NCBI RefSeq assembly: GCF_006345805.1
Contig: NC_043003.1
Coordinates: 43,462,001-43,526,000, forward strand
Source: Octopus sinensis
Lineage: Eukaryota
Length of the DNA stretch: 64,000 nt
Reading direction: 5' to 3'
The first letter of the stretch is position 1. Every line of letters begins with the position of its first letter. Shown piece by piece: positions 13,310 through 27,700 of this stretch. A program made the position numbers and the translations under genes. The notes under the pieces were generated by a model that had not been told where the DNA came from, ran no database searches, and was given only the letters and a program-made list of their open reading frames with translations.

Positions 13310-13556
13310 AAAAAAAAGAGATTTCAAATAAACAAACAATTCGAATAAACGTATACTAAACGAAAAAAGGAAAACAACGAAAATGTGGGCATGAACAAGA
13401 AGCAGATTAGCTTTACCCTCGGTGAAAATAGAGTGTTTAAATTTTTCGAGCATAGCTCTTCGTCGGGAAAGAGATGAGAGAAAAGTCCGAATTGGGAGAA
13501 GAAAGAATCGCTAATAGCACACGAAATAGTTACATTGATGAAGTGACCGGAAAAAT
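13310..13556 (-). mobile_element. Short Penelope-pLTR-like element with hammerhead-like motif
   Basis: Minus strand CCGACGAA-GAGC-TAT-GCTC-GAAA at ~13443-13466. Flanks resemble 38941-39135. Confidence 0.55.
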
Positions 13557-13666
13557 ATGTATGTGTGTGTTTGTGTGTATATGTGTGTGTGCATATATAT
13601 GTGTATGTATACATTTTTGTGTACATGTATATATATGTGTGTGTTTGTGTGTGTTTATATATATGT

Positions 13667-13888
13667 TTCTTTACTACCCACAAGGGGCTAAACACAGAGA
13701 GGACAAACAAGGACAGACACACGGATTAAGTCGATTATATCGACCCCAGTGCGTAACTGGTACTTAATTTATCGATCCCTAAAGAATGAAAGGCAAAGTC
13801 ACCTCGGTGGAATTTGAACTCAGAACGTAACGACAGACGAAATACGGCTACGCATTTCGCCCGGTGTGCTAACGTTTCTGCCAGCTCT
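13667..13888 (-). mobile_element. tRNA-derived SINE with Nin/Deu-type central domain
   Basis: Minus strand B-box GAGTTCAAATTCC followed by CTTTGCCTTTCATTCTTTAGGGATCGATAAATTAAGTACCAG. Second copy at 39488-39700. Confidence 0.82.
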
Positions 13889-14020
13889 GTGTTTATATAT
13901 CTCTGAATGTTGGTGCGAGTGCTTGTGTGTTTATGTGAAGTTTAATACAATAATTCAACATCAAATCAGAATTAATGAATTGTGTTTTTTTTTTATTACA
14001 GCACGTGATTATGTATTTCA

Positions 14021-14021
14021 A

Positions 14022-14068
<47 letters not shown>

Positions 14069-14070
14069 AT
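14021..14070. repeat. (TAAA)n
   Basis: Seen directly. Confidence 0.95.
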
Positions 14071-14149
14071 GAAAGGCTGGATGTTATTTCGATGTTCCGG
14101 TTTCTTTGCTGCTATTCGAGTGTAAGATGTATTATTCTATGAACGTAAT

Positions 14150-14800
14150 TTGCGAATGCATGCAAATATACAAAGCCAATTTCAGTACTAACCCTAATGT
14201 AAGAAACAAACAGGAAGCTACACTACAACGTTTTCCTTGTAATTTTTAAAGATTGCTTCAATACAATGGGAAATATTTAATTGAAGCACACTCCATATAA
14301 ACATAAAGCTTCGCTCATTTGTTCACCGTAAGCAAACCTTAAGGATAAATTTAGTGATGTTATGATTATGTTTGACTATACAAATTGTTTCATATTTATG
14401 TTGCTAATGAATCTTATTCCTGCCGTTTTCTAGAAAGGTGCAGTATACAATATAGTCGGTACAGCAAGCTTATTGATACATTCCAAAAGGCCACATATTT
14501 CCAAGAATTTAATTGGAACAGTAGCAATGTAACTTCCGAGTACAAAAAGGAATTATAACAAGAGCCTGCTCCTAAATACAAAAAGAAAAAAACAAAGTTT
14601 AAAAACATTTTTTAAAAAGAAATATCCAATGTGAAGTCTGATATAACGGATAATGATATACTAGGGAATATGAGTGCGCTGAAATCTTTCCTGTATGCTG
14701 AACACATTAGAAAAAGCTGCTGTTGAATAAATATAAGGTTGACCAACGTATGATTGATGATAGCTATTTTAAAGTAAAGAATATATTAAACACTCTATTT
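14150..14800 (-). pseudogene. Possible 7TM fragment of a further decayed GRL101-like GPCR
   Basis: Hydrophobic ORF 14414..14608 with SWKYVAFWNVSISLLY (ECL2/TM5-like); weak upstream W.. and downstream TM7-like stretches. Confidence 0.25.
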
Positions 14801-14979
14801 TTATTGATCAAGTAATATAAAACCAGGTGATTTTTTTTTTTTTTGCTTTTTAATTATATTTATGGGCAGCGATGGGAAGAAAACGCTTTACCAGTTCTCC
14901 AATATTGGTTGGGAGAAGAGAGATGATTTATTCACCTGAAATATATGGCACAGGTAAACCTGTGGCTTCCTGTGTCAAC

Positions 14980-15195
14980 ATCATTATCGGTATCATCATC
15001 ACAACCACCACTACCACCACCACCACCACCACCACCACCAACACTGTCATCACCAAATCCACCATCACCACCACTATCACCAGCTATTCCTCCACCACCG
15101 CCGCCACCGCCGCAGCCGCAGCCGCCGTCGTCGTCATCATCATCATCAGCAGCAGCAGTAGCAGTAGCAGCAGTAGCAGTAACTGTAGCAGCGTA
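14980..15195. repeat. GC-rich compound triplet repeat (CAT/CAC/GCC/GTC/CAG)
   Basis: Seen directly. Confidence 0.9.
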
Positions 15196-15939
15196 GGGCG
15201 ATGGACAGCGGGGGAGAAGATGAAAAGATCTCATTAAAGTGTGCACTGACATTTCATATATGATATCACGATATAAAAATGGAAACTTGTTCTTTAAGAT
15301 TGGTTCCACAAAACAAAAGTATCCTGGTTATTTTTCCTTTGTTAGGTTATAGTCATTTATCTACTCATTCTTCATCACGTTCACACATTCACTTCTACGC
15401 ATACCACCCCGTTCAGATATACGCACACATAACATTTCACACATATCGACGCATTCACAAATTGATACACAGACACACAATCACACACACACACGAACAC
15501 ACAATTCACACAAAAGCTATCACTCATTCGTTCCTTCTTTCAATTTATCTTCAATTATTTTTTTCATTCTATTTCTCCGTCTGTTGCCTCTTTCATGACA
15601 ATCTATTGAACTCATCTATTTTCTAGTCTTCACAGAGTATTTAAAATGAAAATAAACAACCTCTGTCGCCGACTGCTGTCTGCAAATATAAAGGAGGCAT
15701 TAGTAAAAAGTAAAATGTACAGCCTCAATCTCAACAGTAAGAAAATACCAACGGAAACAAAGTGTGGCAGTTATCACTCACGTTGCAATAACAGCAAAAT
15801 ATATATTATGATCTAAATCCAGGAACAAAATATAACAAAACAGCATTCATAAGAATAATACACATAGATTTTCATAGTATTCACATAAGAAGCAGGGAAA
15901 TAATAAAATAGACAAAGTGAAGTTGCTTACTAATTGATA

Positions 15940-16250
15940 TATAATGTCTGAGAATAGTTAACAAAGAAAAAATATACAATGTCCAGAATAGTTAACAAAG
16001 AAAAAAAAGGGGAAAAATTTTAGAGATACAATCCCTTGAAATTTCAAATTGCGCGAATTTGGTGTCTGAAAACTGTAAATGTTATGCCGTTAATAACTGG
16101 TGCATTAGCAAAAGGGAATAATGATATAGACAGATGGTTGAAATAGATGGTTGAAAGAGAATGTGCTACGAAGCTTCTACCGAAAGATTACTTCTTACGG
16201 ACAGGATAAAAAGGGGTTTTGAGTATTTAAAAAAAGATAGTTGAAAGCCT
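15940..16250 (+). mobile_element. Old R4/Dong C-terminal (RLE) relic
   Basis: 16027-16110 reads Y..L.FQIARIWCLKTVNVMPLITGAL, matching KY..L..EI..MW...V.VIP..GALG of the other Dong copies. Confidence 0.55.
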
Positions 16251-16323
16251 GTGGATATCTAAGGTTACAAGTAGTAAACCGCTACCCGCATATTTTCTAC
16301 TAGGACAAAGCAGAGTCAAATCG

Positions 16324-16346
16324 AATAATAATAATAATGATAATAG

Positions 16347-16386
<40 letters not shown>

Positions 16387-16391
16387 AGTGT

Positions 16392-16422
<31 letters not shown>

Positions 16423-16495
16423 GATGATGATGATGATAATAATAGATGATTATGCTGCTGCTGCTGATGATGATGATGACGATGATAACAATAAG
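16324..16495. repeat. (AAT)/(GAT)n microsatellite
   Basis: Seen directly. Confidence 0.95.
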
Positions 16496-16499
16496 TATT

Positions 16500-17588
16500 T
16501 ATGAAACAGTAAAAAATTCAAAGTGAGTTTATGTATAATACCCAGATTGAACAGCATGTTGGAAGTTCAGCAACTGCAGTTGCAAAGAATGTGAAATCAA
16601 TAGCAGAACAAAATGCGTTTAAACACTTGGCTGATAGGTGGGAAATAACACCTCTGTTTGCCAACAAAATTATGTAGACCAGAAGCACACCCATCAGTGG
16701 ATACGGAGCTCAGGGCTAGAGGCAGAGAGTGAAGACTTCATATTGGTTACTCAATATCAGAGCATATGGAGCCAGTGCGATGAAAAATGATGTAGGCTCA
16801 AAGCGCTGATACTGCAGCGATGGGATTGAAAAAGTGGACCACATAATCTCTGAGTGTAAGGTTTTATCACCAGTAGAGTACATATTAAGGCATGACAGAG
16901 TTGGCCAATATCTCCATTAGATAATGTATCGGCATTATAACATCAAAACCGCTGAAAAATGGTACAAGCACCACCCTGAGGCTGTAACTGAGGGAGAAAA
17001 TATAATGATTTTTTTGGACTTTCTAGTAAGTATAGCGCGGACCATCAAAGGAAATAAACCAGATATTGTTGTGAAAGACCAAAACAATAAAGTCTGGTTA
17101 TTTGATTGACATGAGCATACTCCGTGACCATAATATCTCGGCAAAATAATTTGATGGGTTCAGAAAATATAATGATTTGCTAATCGAAATCCAAAAGATG
17201 TGGCATCTGTAGACGGTTACAAAACCAATGTCGGTGGGAACACTTGGAATGATTAAAAAAGGAACTGAAGATTAGCTACGAATGATCACTGGCTTAGCAC
17301 CCCTGCAGGAAGTTCAAACGATTGTCTGGACTTCTACCTCACAGGTACTGAGAATTCCATTCTCAATGAGTTTTCTTTCCTTTTCTCCCCTTTATTTTCT
17401 TTGTTTACTTTTTTAACTTTGTATTTTTCCATTTTATCTCTCTGTCTTTCTTCCCCTTTTTATCTATCGCATGACTTTGTAAGTTATTTTAATGGCCTAT
17501 CAATGTATACAATGCGTTTCTCTGCCCTTGGTGTCAGGAAGGCACTCCGGAAGAAATGGTAACAATATTGAAAGAAGATGATAAGGAA
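16500..17588 (+). mobile_element. Degenerate 3' fragment of R4/Dong related to family B
   Basis: RHYNIKTAEKWYKHHPEAVTEGEN...KPDIVVKDQNNK nearly matches ORF 47175..48617. The 3' UTR GCCCTTGGTGTCAGGAAGGCACTCCGGAAGAAATGG resembles that of the 47005 copy. (AAT)n tail. Confidence 0.85.
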
Positions 17589-17655
<67 letters not shown>

Positions 17656-17658
17656 TTA

Positions 17659-17724
<66 letters not shown>

Positions 17725-17728
<4 letters not shown>

Positions 17729-20700
17729 TAATGCAAAAAAATCCGAAATAGAAATAGAACATCTAAAAGAAAAAATACATCAGGAAAATGTAGATAGAAG
17801 CCACACAACAATGCCCAATAATATAAACACTGAAACAGTAAAACACGAAGACAAACGTAACATTCCCAACAAACACGATGTAAACAAAAAACAACAAACC
17901 CAGACCGTAAGGATGCATAATAATACACGACAAACAGCAAGCCAAAACACGACAAACAAACATACAAATAAGAAAGAAAGTGACACAAATCTAAAACCTG
18001 GAAACAACGAAGGAGAGCCTAATGATTATGATAATATAAAAAGTAGATTAATCAAAGAACTGAAAACCACAGAGCTCAAAATGGACCAGCGACCATACCT
18101 CCCAAAAATCAAAATGGACGAAAAAACAACACCAATTATAAACAGCATAAACCTAGCCGTCACGGAACTAATAGCCACTGAAACAAAAAGCGATATCACT
18201 GAGCTAAATGACTTAGTATACGCAGCAGCCATAAGAGAAGCTGGATACTCACTCAAACCCGTCCAAACAGGAGTACCACCGCCCAAACAAACCCTGTGGA
18301 TAAATAACATCCAAAACAAAATAAAAAAATGAGAAAAGATCTGTCGATTCTTAATGAAATCAGTAGACAATCAACGCTACTGAGCAATAAAAAGAAAACA
18401 AAAATACTCCGCAAATATAACATCACAGAAAAAGATTTACCTGAGATAAAAGAAAACCTGAAGCAAGATATCCTTGCCAAAGCACAAAGGATCCGCCGGT
18501 ACGAGAAACGCCATCGCTTCTTTGAACAAAACAAAAAGTTCAACTCCAACCCCAAAAAGTTCTACCAAGAACTTGGCAAAAATAAAATAGAAATCACTGC
18601 AGTACCAACGGCAGAAGAAGTGGAAGAAATCTGGAGAGAAATTTGGTCGGCGAACGAACAACCAAAAAAACGGAGTATTAAAACAACAAACTCAGCATCT
18701 GAGCAACTTTGGACCCCCATAACAACTGAAGAGGTCACCCAGGCACTGCAAAGACTAAGCAACTGGAAGGCACCTGGGCATGACATGATCCCCAACTTCT
18801 GGTTAAAATATCTAACAGGAATGCACAAAAAGCTGGCTGCAAATTTTAACAACATACTGGCAGAGACAGAGACAATGCCTGAATGGCTCACGAAGAGGAA
18901 AACCATCTTAATACCCAAATCAAATGAGACAGCAAAGCCAGAAAACTACAGACCTATAACCTGTCTCCCTACAATGTACAAGGCATTTACTGCAGTGATA
19001 TCGCAAAGGTTGAACAAGCACCTGGACGAAAACAACCTGTTTCCAGAAGAGCAGAAAGGATGCCGCAAAGGCTCATATGGCTGTAAAGATCAACTAATGA
19101 TTAATAAAGCCATAACTGAAGACAGCCACAGAAAGAAGAAAGGCCTCAGTATGACCTGGATCGACTACAAAAAGGCGTTTGATAGCATCCCCCACACATG
19201 GATCCTCGAAACACTAGCCATTAACAAAGTAGCACCAACAATTATAAAATTCATAGAACACTCTATGAATAAATGGCAAACAGTGCTACAGCTCCAAACA
19301 AAAGAGGGACTCATCAAAACCAAAGACATCCCCATTAGAAGAGGAATATTCCAGGGAGACACGCTCTCTCCATTCCTTTTCTGCTTGGCACTGTCACATC
19401 TATCTGATATGCTAAATAGAACTGGATGCGGATATATATGTTACGGCAAAACGATCAGCCACCTTTTATATATGGATGACCTAAAACTATACGCTGCAAA
19501 TGACAAACAGCTGGAAACACTATTAAAGACAGTTCATGGATTTACCAAAGAAATAGATATGAAATTTGGATTAGAAAAATACACCAAAGTAATCATGAAA
19601 AGAGGAAAACTAGTTAAGAGTAGCAACATCACACTAGATAAAACCAATGAAATAAAAGAATTAGACCAAAGCCAAACTTACACATACTTAGGAATCCATG
19701 AACTAGATAAGACACAATACACACAAATGAAAGAGAAAATAAAAAAAGAATATTATAGACGAGTTAGATCAATACTAAAAACAGAGCTCAATGCTAAAAA
19801 CAAGATAATAGGTATTAACACTTTAGCTGTCCCAGTTATAAATTACAGCTACAATATCCTTAACTGGACACTAAATGAACTGACCAAAATAGATAGGAAA
19901 ACAAGAAAAATAATGACAGGATCTAGGATGCATCACCCCAAATCTGACATAGAAAGACTATAGATACAACGTATAGAAGGTGGTAGAGGCCTTATACAGC
20001 TGGAAATCTACTATAAAATAACCACCATAGGACTGCAAAAATATCTACTTCTGAAGGAAGGAAAACTGATTCAAATAGCGGCAAAACACGAACAAAACAA
20101 AAAACTGTTCTCAGTATTTAAGGAAGCTGACAAATAGAAACAAGAAATCATACCACCTAACAAATATGAAGAAGAAGAAGAACATGAAGAAACAACAAAA
20201 GCTATAAAACAAATGAAACCCAAACTAAAACTAGAACAGCAAAGAACCATGATAAAACGATGGCAAGAAAAGCCCCTTCATGGTAAATACTGGACTAAAC
20301 TAAATGCAACAGAAATAGACAAAGAAAAATCCCAGCAACGGTTGAGAAGCTCAGGACTCAAAGCAGAGACAGAGGGATTTTTAATTGCAGCACAAGACCA
20401 AAGCCTCCCCACCAGAAATTACCAAAAACATGTAATGAAAAGAAATATAACAAGTAACTGCAGAATATCTGAAGATGGACAAGAAACAATAAATCATATT
20501 ATCTCTAGCTGCCCAGTCCTGGCTAAGAAGGAATATATTCACAGACATGACAGAGTTGGAACCTACATACAATGGAAACTATGCCAACATTATGGAATAA
20601 CAACTGAAAAAAGATGGTATAGGCACACACCAGAAAAGGTCACAGAAAACGAGAAGGCAACCATACTCTGGGATATGCCGATACACACAGATAGAGAAAT

Positions 20701-21122
20701 TAAGGCCAACAGACCAGATTTCGTTGTCAGAGATCATGAAGAAAAAAAATGCTTTCTAATTGATGTATCAATACCGGCAGATGACAACGTGTCTCTAAAA
20801 GAAATGGAGAAACTCTCAAAATACAAAGACCTTGAAATAGAGGTAACCAGAATGTGGAATCTAAAACCAGAAACAATTCCTATCATAGTATGTGCATTAG
20901 GCATGATAAAAAAAATTTCAGACAAATACATAACAAAAACACCAGGACTTACAAATACATATAACATACAGAAAATTGCACTACTAGGCACTGCACACAT
21001 CCTACGCAGAACACTTTCCATACAATAACGATCAGAGCATCACAACAAATCACAGCACATACCCAAGGCACACAGAGCTGCACTCGGTAGTGAAGTGAAA
21101 GCACACTATCAAAATAAAACTA

Positions 21123-21125
<3 letters not shown>
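17725..21125 (+). mobile_element. R4/Dong-clade non-LTR retrotransposon family A, near complete but inactivated
   Basis: ORFs 17556..18332, 18329..19963 and 20213..21028: NWKAPGHD, NYRPITCL, EQKGC, KAFDSIPH, GIFQGDTLSP, LYMDDLKLY, CRI.{8}HIISSC, RHD, RPD...ID, KYKDL. Frameshift near 18329; TAG at 19961 and 20135. (AAT)n on both sides. Confidence 0.95.
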
Positions 21126-21198
<73 letters not shown>

Positions 21199-21329
21199 CC
21201 AAGAATAAGAAGGGGCGAATAAGAAAATAAAAGAAGAGAGAAAATGGATAAGGAACAATACAAAAACAGAAACCAGCATGCCAGCTACTCTTATAATATT
21301 GTTATAAAAATATTAAGGGTTTAATATGC

Positions 21330-22500
21330 AAATATATTCCAGCTTGAGCACGTTAAATTTCTCACGTTTACTGTCACTAGGTGAGATTTCAATCCATGTA
21401 ACACCTCTTGCTTTTCAAGAACTACGGATAAAAGTATAGTTGATATCCTTGCAACTGAAATCCTTTTCCGTCTCAAAGAATCTGCTAGATATAAATCTGC
21501 AAAGCATCTGATAGACACAAATCATACCTCACTACACAAACAGTAGCAACTGTATGTTATATTTTACTTGCTGCTTCCCAGAAATAAGTTCCACAACAGC
21601 CTGTTAAATAATGCCTGATACCATCCTCTGTCACCTATCAAATATAGAGAACACAAAAATACTCATAGAAATTCTGAAGAAAATTAACGAATTCTACATG
21701 GTGAAGATAACCGAGTAATCAGATCGCCATACATTCATAGAAGAGCACTTATATCGATATCCACATATCATATCCGACATGTAACAAGTAAAATATAAAC
21801 ACGATTACGCGCATGAATTTGCCAAATGTAAAAGAAAGCCCATGACAACGTGAAACTGTGCTGTCATGCAAAACTCTAACGAAATGAAAATAAATATAAA
21901 AAAATATCAAAAACTAAACAAGTATCAACAAGTATAAATAAATATTTAAAGAAACAAACATCAAAAATAGCAAAACCTGTAAAAGCCTGTACACCAAATT
22001 TCCTCAAAATTAAGTTGAGAAAGTATATACAATATTTAGAAGTAAGTATAAAAACAACGATTTCATCAATACGAATGAGACATACGAATTCCAGATAATA
22101 TACTTTTAAATTAATACGAAGCAGGCATTTTTTCAGGAATTTGTTGAAAGCAATCTACCAAAACTCACATATAGAAATGGAGCAGAAATATAGAGGCACA
22201 TAGCGGGAGCACTGTTTTGAATTTGTCATTCTATGAGACACACAAAAGGTAATATCGAATGTAAAAGCCTCACAAACTCAAGACCAAACAATTAAGTCAC
22301 GACTCCTTATGAGAGGTCCTCACACGATAAATAACGCAGTATTTTGTGTTCTAATACAATGTCCACGTTGCGATGGACACAATTTTACATTCTAGACACT
22401 CAATGAACAACTCTATCTGCAATGCTAAATGGTATAAGCTGTTTCTCATCAGAAAACTGCCGGCCAAATGTAGGTCAGACAAGATTGACACAAAGGCTTC
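21330..22500 (+). mobile_element. Possible very old LINE ORF2 relic
   Basis: A-rich strand with a GDFN-like motif near 21378-21392 and an NG...VRQ-like motif near 22428-22485. No continuous ORF. Confidence 0.25.
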
Positions 22501-22540
22501 ACTTGCTTGGAAGGTATAATCAAGAACACCAACACGACTT

Positions 22541-22569
22541 TACTACTACTACTACTACTACTACTACTA

Positions 22570-22616
<47 letters not shown>

Positions 22617-22785
22617 ATAATAATAATAATACTACTACTACTACTATTACTAATTGCTAATGAAGAACATTCAGCTACAAAATATGGTTCACCTGAGCCT
22701 CATTGCAATTCTGCTGATGAAAAGTAGTAGCATTGTTTACGGTTTTGATAACAGTGATAGTAGTAGTAGTGGTAGCAGTAGCAGC

Positions 22786-22819
<34 letters not shown>

Positions 22820-22920
22820 GCAGCAGCAGCAGCAGCAGGAGCAGAAACAACAACAATAACGGCAGCAATAACAGCAGCTGTATTAGTGATAATAGTATTA
22901 TTGTAAGCATTAGTGATAGC
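22541..22920. repeat. (CTA)/(TAA)/(CAA)/(CAG) compound triplet repeats
   Basis: Seen directly. Confidence 0.9.
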
Positions 22921-23469
22921 GTTCTTAAGGTTTTGTTTTCGATGGCACTTGTTAAACAATAATTGCAACTTCGATAAACAAGTGTAATTCAAAAATTAAG
23001 ACAAACGACAAACATTCAGTTACTTAGGATTTAATGAGTTTGATAGTGTAACTCTCTCGCATACAGATAAAAACACACATAAACGAACTATTTAGTGAAA
23101 TACTTAGCATTCCCAATATAAAATTTAATATGTTGAAGATGTTATCTAAAACACTGTATTACATTTTTAAAATGAAACCATTTTAAAACGCGTTTTTGAA
23201 CTTCAATGCAAGATCCTACTACACCAAAGTCCCTCATATACGTAACCGTTAGAGTATTTTAGAATTTCTATTTTCATATTAACAAATTCTGCATTATGTT
23301 ACTAAGTTTAAAATGGATTCAGTCACTTACATTCAAGATATTCAGAAATCGTACTACTTTCCCTAGAAAATGATAGTTGGTTCTTTTCACCATGCTAAAA
23401 CAAAAGAGAAAGCAATTGCTGTTTTATACATTTCTATGAAATAGTATTATGAATCAGCAACTGAACTTA

Positions 23470-24716
23470 TACGAGGGTCACCTGAATAGGCTGTCCAAGA
23501 TACAATTATGAGATATGGCTATTTCAACCTTGTGGGCCACACAATTCTTTTATGGGTGTTGCAGTGCTTGGATCACATTGATTAAAAAGCTTTCGCCCTG
23601 TTGGTCAAAAGAGCCATCAACAGTAGATGTAACGTAATCGTTACAGCAATATTGGTTTTCAGCGAAGTGTTCTTTCATGTTGGGACATAGATGTTAGTCA
23701 GATGGGGCCAAATCAGGAGTATAGGGAAGTTGATCAACCAGTTCAAAGTAACAGCCCTGCACAGTAGCCATCGAAACCGAGGACTTGTGTGCTGGAGCAT
23801 GTACTGATGAAGCAAGACCATATTCGTAAGTTTTCCTTTGGTTTTGTTCTTGATAGCCTTCCCCGGCAAGTTGGCATAGCACTCTCCATTAATGGTGTGA
23901 CTCTTTTGAACATAATCAATAAACACAATGCCTTTTGCATCCCCACAAATTTTTGAGGCCATCACCTTCCTTACACATGAAACGACCATGGGCGTCTTTG
24001 GAACCGGAGAATAGGGGGAGGGTTCATTCCACTGATCATGTAATTGTCTTTGGCTCAAAGTGATGAAGCCAACACTCAGCTTGGCTTAGCAAATGTTCTA
24101 GAAACCCAGCTGGATCTGCCTCAAACAATGTTAGAGTTACCTGTAATGTGCACTTCTGATCAGGTGTCAGAAGACATGGCTCCTATTGAGCAGAGACGCG
24201 TGTTATGCCTAGTAGCTTGTGCGGAATATTCTCAACATACTCAAGGAATATGCTAATATCATATACTTTCTGATTTATAGTTAATCGCCTGCCATCCATC
24301 AGCTTGTGGTGAACACGCTCAATTTCCCTCGGTGGTGGCAGTTGCTGTACGTTCAACACATGAGTAATATTGAAGACTTTTGATTCCCCTCCTAAATGCA
24401 CCTTCCCATATTTGCCTCTTGATAAAGCTGGAGTGTAATCGCCTAATGTAGTATCCATGTCAGCATGAATGTGGCGAGTTAAACCCTCTTTCTGCGAGTA
24501 CTAGTTCACATTATGATGCCACATGTTGTCCTTTCTAAGAGAAGTTGCTACTAATCGTATTTGAAGTTCTCTTTCAACAGGGAAATTTTCAGTCTACATA
24601 GAAAGAAATAGTGTAGTTATTAATAAGTAGTGTTGAAATTAATTCATTCAAGATTCCACAGCTCTAGCATCCATCGTTCATATATTGAGGCTATGAACGT
24701 TTTAAACCAACCCTTA
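23470..24716 (-). mobile_element. Mariner (Tc1/mariner) transposon relic
   Basis: KVMAS..GDAKGIVFIDY, APAHKS, PYTPDLAPSD (YSPDLAPSD motif), DGRRLT. Degenerate TIR-like ends TACGAGGGTC... (23470) and ...AACGTTTTAAACCAACCCTTA (~24697-24716). Confidence 0.85.
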
Positions 24717-27700
24717 AGTGGTCAATTGACGTACGAAGAATAGCAGGCCAGACCCTCCACGCTATTAACTACTGTCAGTAGATGGAATATTATCATAACA
24801 GTAAAAACTTTATTGCTCAGATGTTTTCCCTTTCAATACTATCTGGGAGCTAAGAAATAACAACAACAATTACATCCGAAGTACCATTTGAAAAGCTTGG
24901 TAGTTAACCTAGATTGTTATCTATCTTTTGTAATGTAAAATATATCACATCCAAAATGTACTTGATATTAAAAAAAGATATTTTTGTATAGCCTTCTCTA
25001 TCATCCCAGTATATATTTACTTAACTGCGCTCATCTTTTCGATACACTCACAAAAGTTACATTGACTATGTTGTAGCTGTATTCTAATACGATTTCTTGA
25101 ACATAAACACTATAACATATCTGCCACTTAAATAATCCCGCTGAAAAACTGCACTTTCCTCTTTTATTAGAAAGGGAATATTGAACCGCGAATATTACTG
25201 ACATGATTAAATAGTGGTATTCCAGCCACACAAAATCAGCAACGACATAAATATTTTTTTTATAAACAGGAAACCTTTTTTGGCGGGTTATACACCAATA
25301 ACAATAAGAGAAGAAGAATACAATCTGTCATGCTTCGATCAATTCCACATTGTTCACATGATGTGAATACCAATATAAACATAAATTTATTCATAAATAC
25401 AATAGGTATTGGAGAAATTGAAATACTTCCAAACTACCACACTACGCAGCATATCATAAAACACTATACCTCAAATACTCAGCATACTAATATAGTAAGA
25501 GCACTATATATTTCCTTTATTACAATCAAGTGGTTTGCACAACTACCTACGTGCTACTTATCTCTTCAATCAAGGTAGCATACTGTTGTACAAGAATAAT
25601 TAAATCTCGGTAGCTGAAAACGTCAAAGTGTCATGGCGCCAAACATCGCAATCATCACAACCCCAACGGAAATAAAACAAACAGAAGCACACTGACAATA
25701 TAATACAACTGCTTGATATTACATACTTACTCTCTATGATATATAATATAACAGAAGTTGTAACGTTAACAAAATTATATAGAAATCTAAAAGCTGCGAG
25801 AAGCGATCTGATTAAGTCATAACAAGGCATACATAACATAAACGATATTGAATAAGTTATATCCAAAATTATATCAATCTAATATGATTTCCGAAGCTCT
25901 CCACACAAATAAATAACAAGTTAAAAAGACGCAATATTGCACGTAACATCGGATTTTGCAGAGAACCTTTCTCCAACTATTCTCCGACAATTCGTCATCA
26001 GATGCTTTAATGAATTAGGTTAAATCAACTGCGTCAACCTCACTTGTGATATTGTGAATTCTTTTTCATATTGTTTTAATGGTAATTACATTTTGATTTG
26101 AGAAAAGATACAGGATTGCACGGAATACCTTGTATTATTTAGGTTTCTCCTTAATATAGCGATGCGATTATATAGTTTTTATTTCCCACAATTCAGTGCT
26201 TAAACTATGGGAGCACAACTAATTTGCACCTCTAATCATCACTACTATCTCAATTTACAGATTATTGGCCCCACTTGAAAGTAACACAACTTCTTTTACG
26301 TTTTTAACAGATATCTGGTGCTTCAGGCTTGATTTTTACTGTAAAAATTAGAACAGCTGTGTACAGTGTAGTATTATTTTTGATGATTTGCTTACTGATA
26401 ATCTGTTCTTTGTTTAGTCTATTATCAAATTATATATAGGTAATTTCGTTCAGCTGTGTGAGTTTTGGGAGAGTACACGGTCGTTAGGGAATGTCTGAAA
26501 ACGTTTATATTTTCTTTGTTTTTGCTCTCTTCGCAATCAGTGCACAAATAATTGAACTGCTTCTCCTCTCAATTGCCAGATGTTGCTTATTTCAAATCGG
26601 AGGTCATTATATGAACACAAATAACAGAGGCAAAAATCAAAACAAAGAAACCAGAATAGAAAATAATAGCGAAAAGGAAAATTATACAGAAAACGAACAA
26701 TCTTGTTCAACTTCAGTTGTTATGTATAAAAAAAATATATATAGCAAAATCAAAATAGCAAGAGATTGAATCATTCCACTAAAACAAAATGAGATTTTCA
26801 CAGACGTTTACAAACAAAATTTTCAGTGGTTAGCGCAAGTGTGAAAGAGACTTATTTAATTTGAGCACCTCATAATATTTTTTTCTCAAAAGTACATTGG
26901 GTAAATGCATGACATGGAGGGGTGCGTTTGAAAGATGAGTATCCAAATAAATGACATCAAATTACTGAATTATGTGTGAATACCATCATCAGGAAAGTAT
27001 TTCTTGTTTGTTTAAGTATACAGGACACGTATAATGGAAAATTTCAGTCTGTCTCTGGCGTCGAAATGATGAATAAAGAAAATTACTACATCGAAATTAA
27101 CCCTTAGAACATGGCAGTACAATCAGATAAAGAAAAATGAAACCCTCATTAAGCACAATTTGTTTGTTTGTTCAAGGATTTGTAAATTTATATGGAGTAG
27201 CTATTTCACTCTGTATGACGTGGTCAGTGTATCAAAATATAAATTATAGACAGTTTCATAATTACTCCTGCACTATTTTCCGGTTTTTCTTTTTCCTCGA
27301 TATGATAAATAACTTTTCGTTTCAAATTTACATTTTACATGAATCTAATTATTCTTGGAATTCGAAATGTATACCATAAAATGTGTACATTGACCAGAAA
27401 CGCAACGGTTGGTATTTTGTATAATACTGCAAGTCTACACTTGTCTCTAACGTTATTCAACGCCTTCTGTTTTCCTTGTATTACAAATTTTCACAGTAAG
27501 CATGTTTTCTCTTCGATTGTCTTTTAGTCTCCCAGTATTGTCTCTTGGTGGTTTTATCCCCTGGTGAATGACCTATAATTTTACTAATATACCAGTTATA
27601 TGCCATATAACTGTTTTTTCGTTAGTACCACCACCCACTGGTTTGTTTATTGCCGTTCTAATAGAATTATATTTTCAAATCTCTGTGAACTGATATCAAA

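Noticed and set aside
17556-17724. Poly-N N-terminus of the 258-aa ORF
   Set aside because: It is the 3' UTR and TAA tail of the upstream Dong fragment read in frame into the next element.
26290-26450. Putative host exon after a TTTTTTAACAG acceptor-like site
   Set aside because: No coherent reading frame or partner exons; such sites are common in AT-rich DNA.
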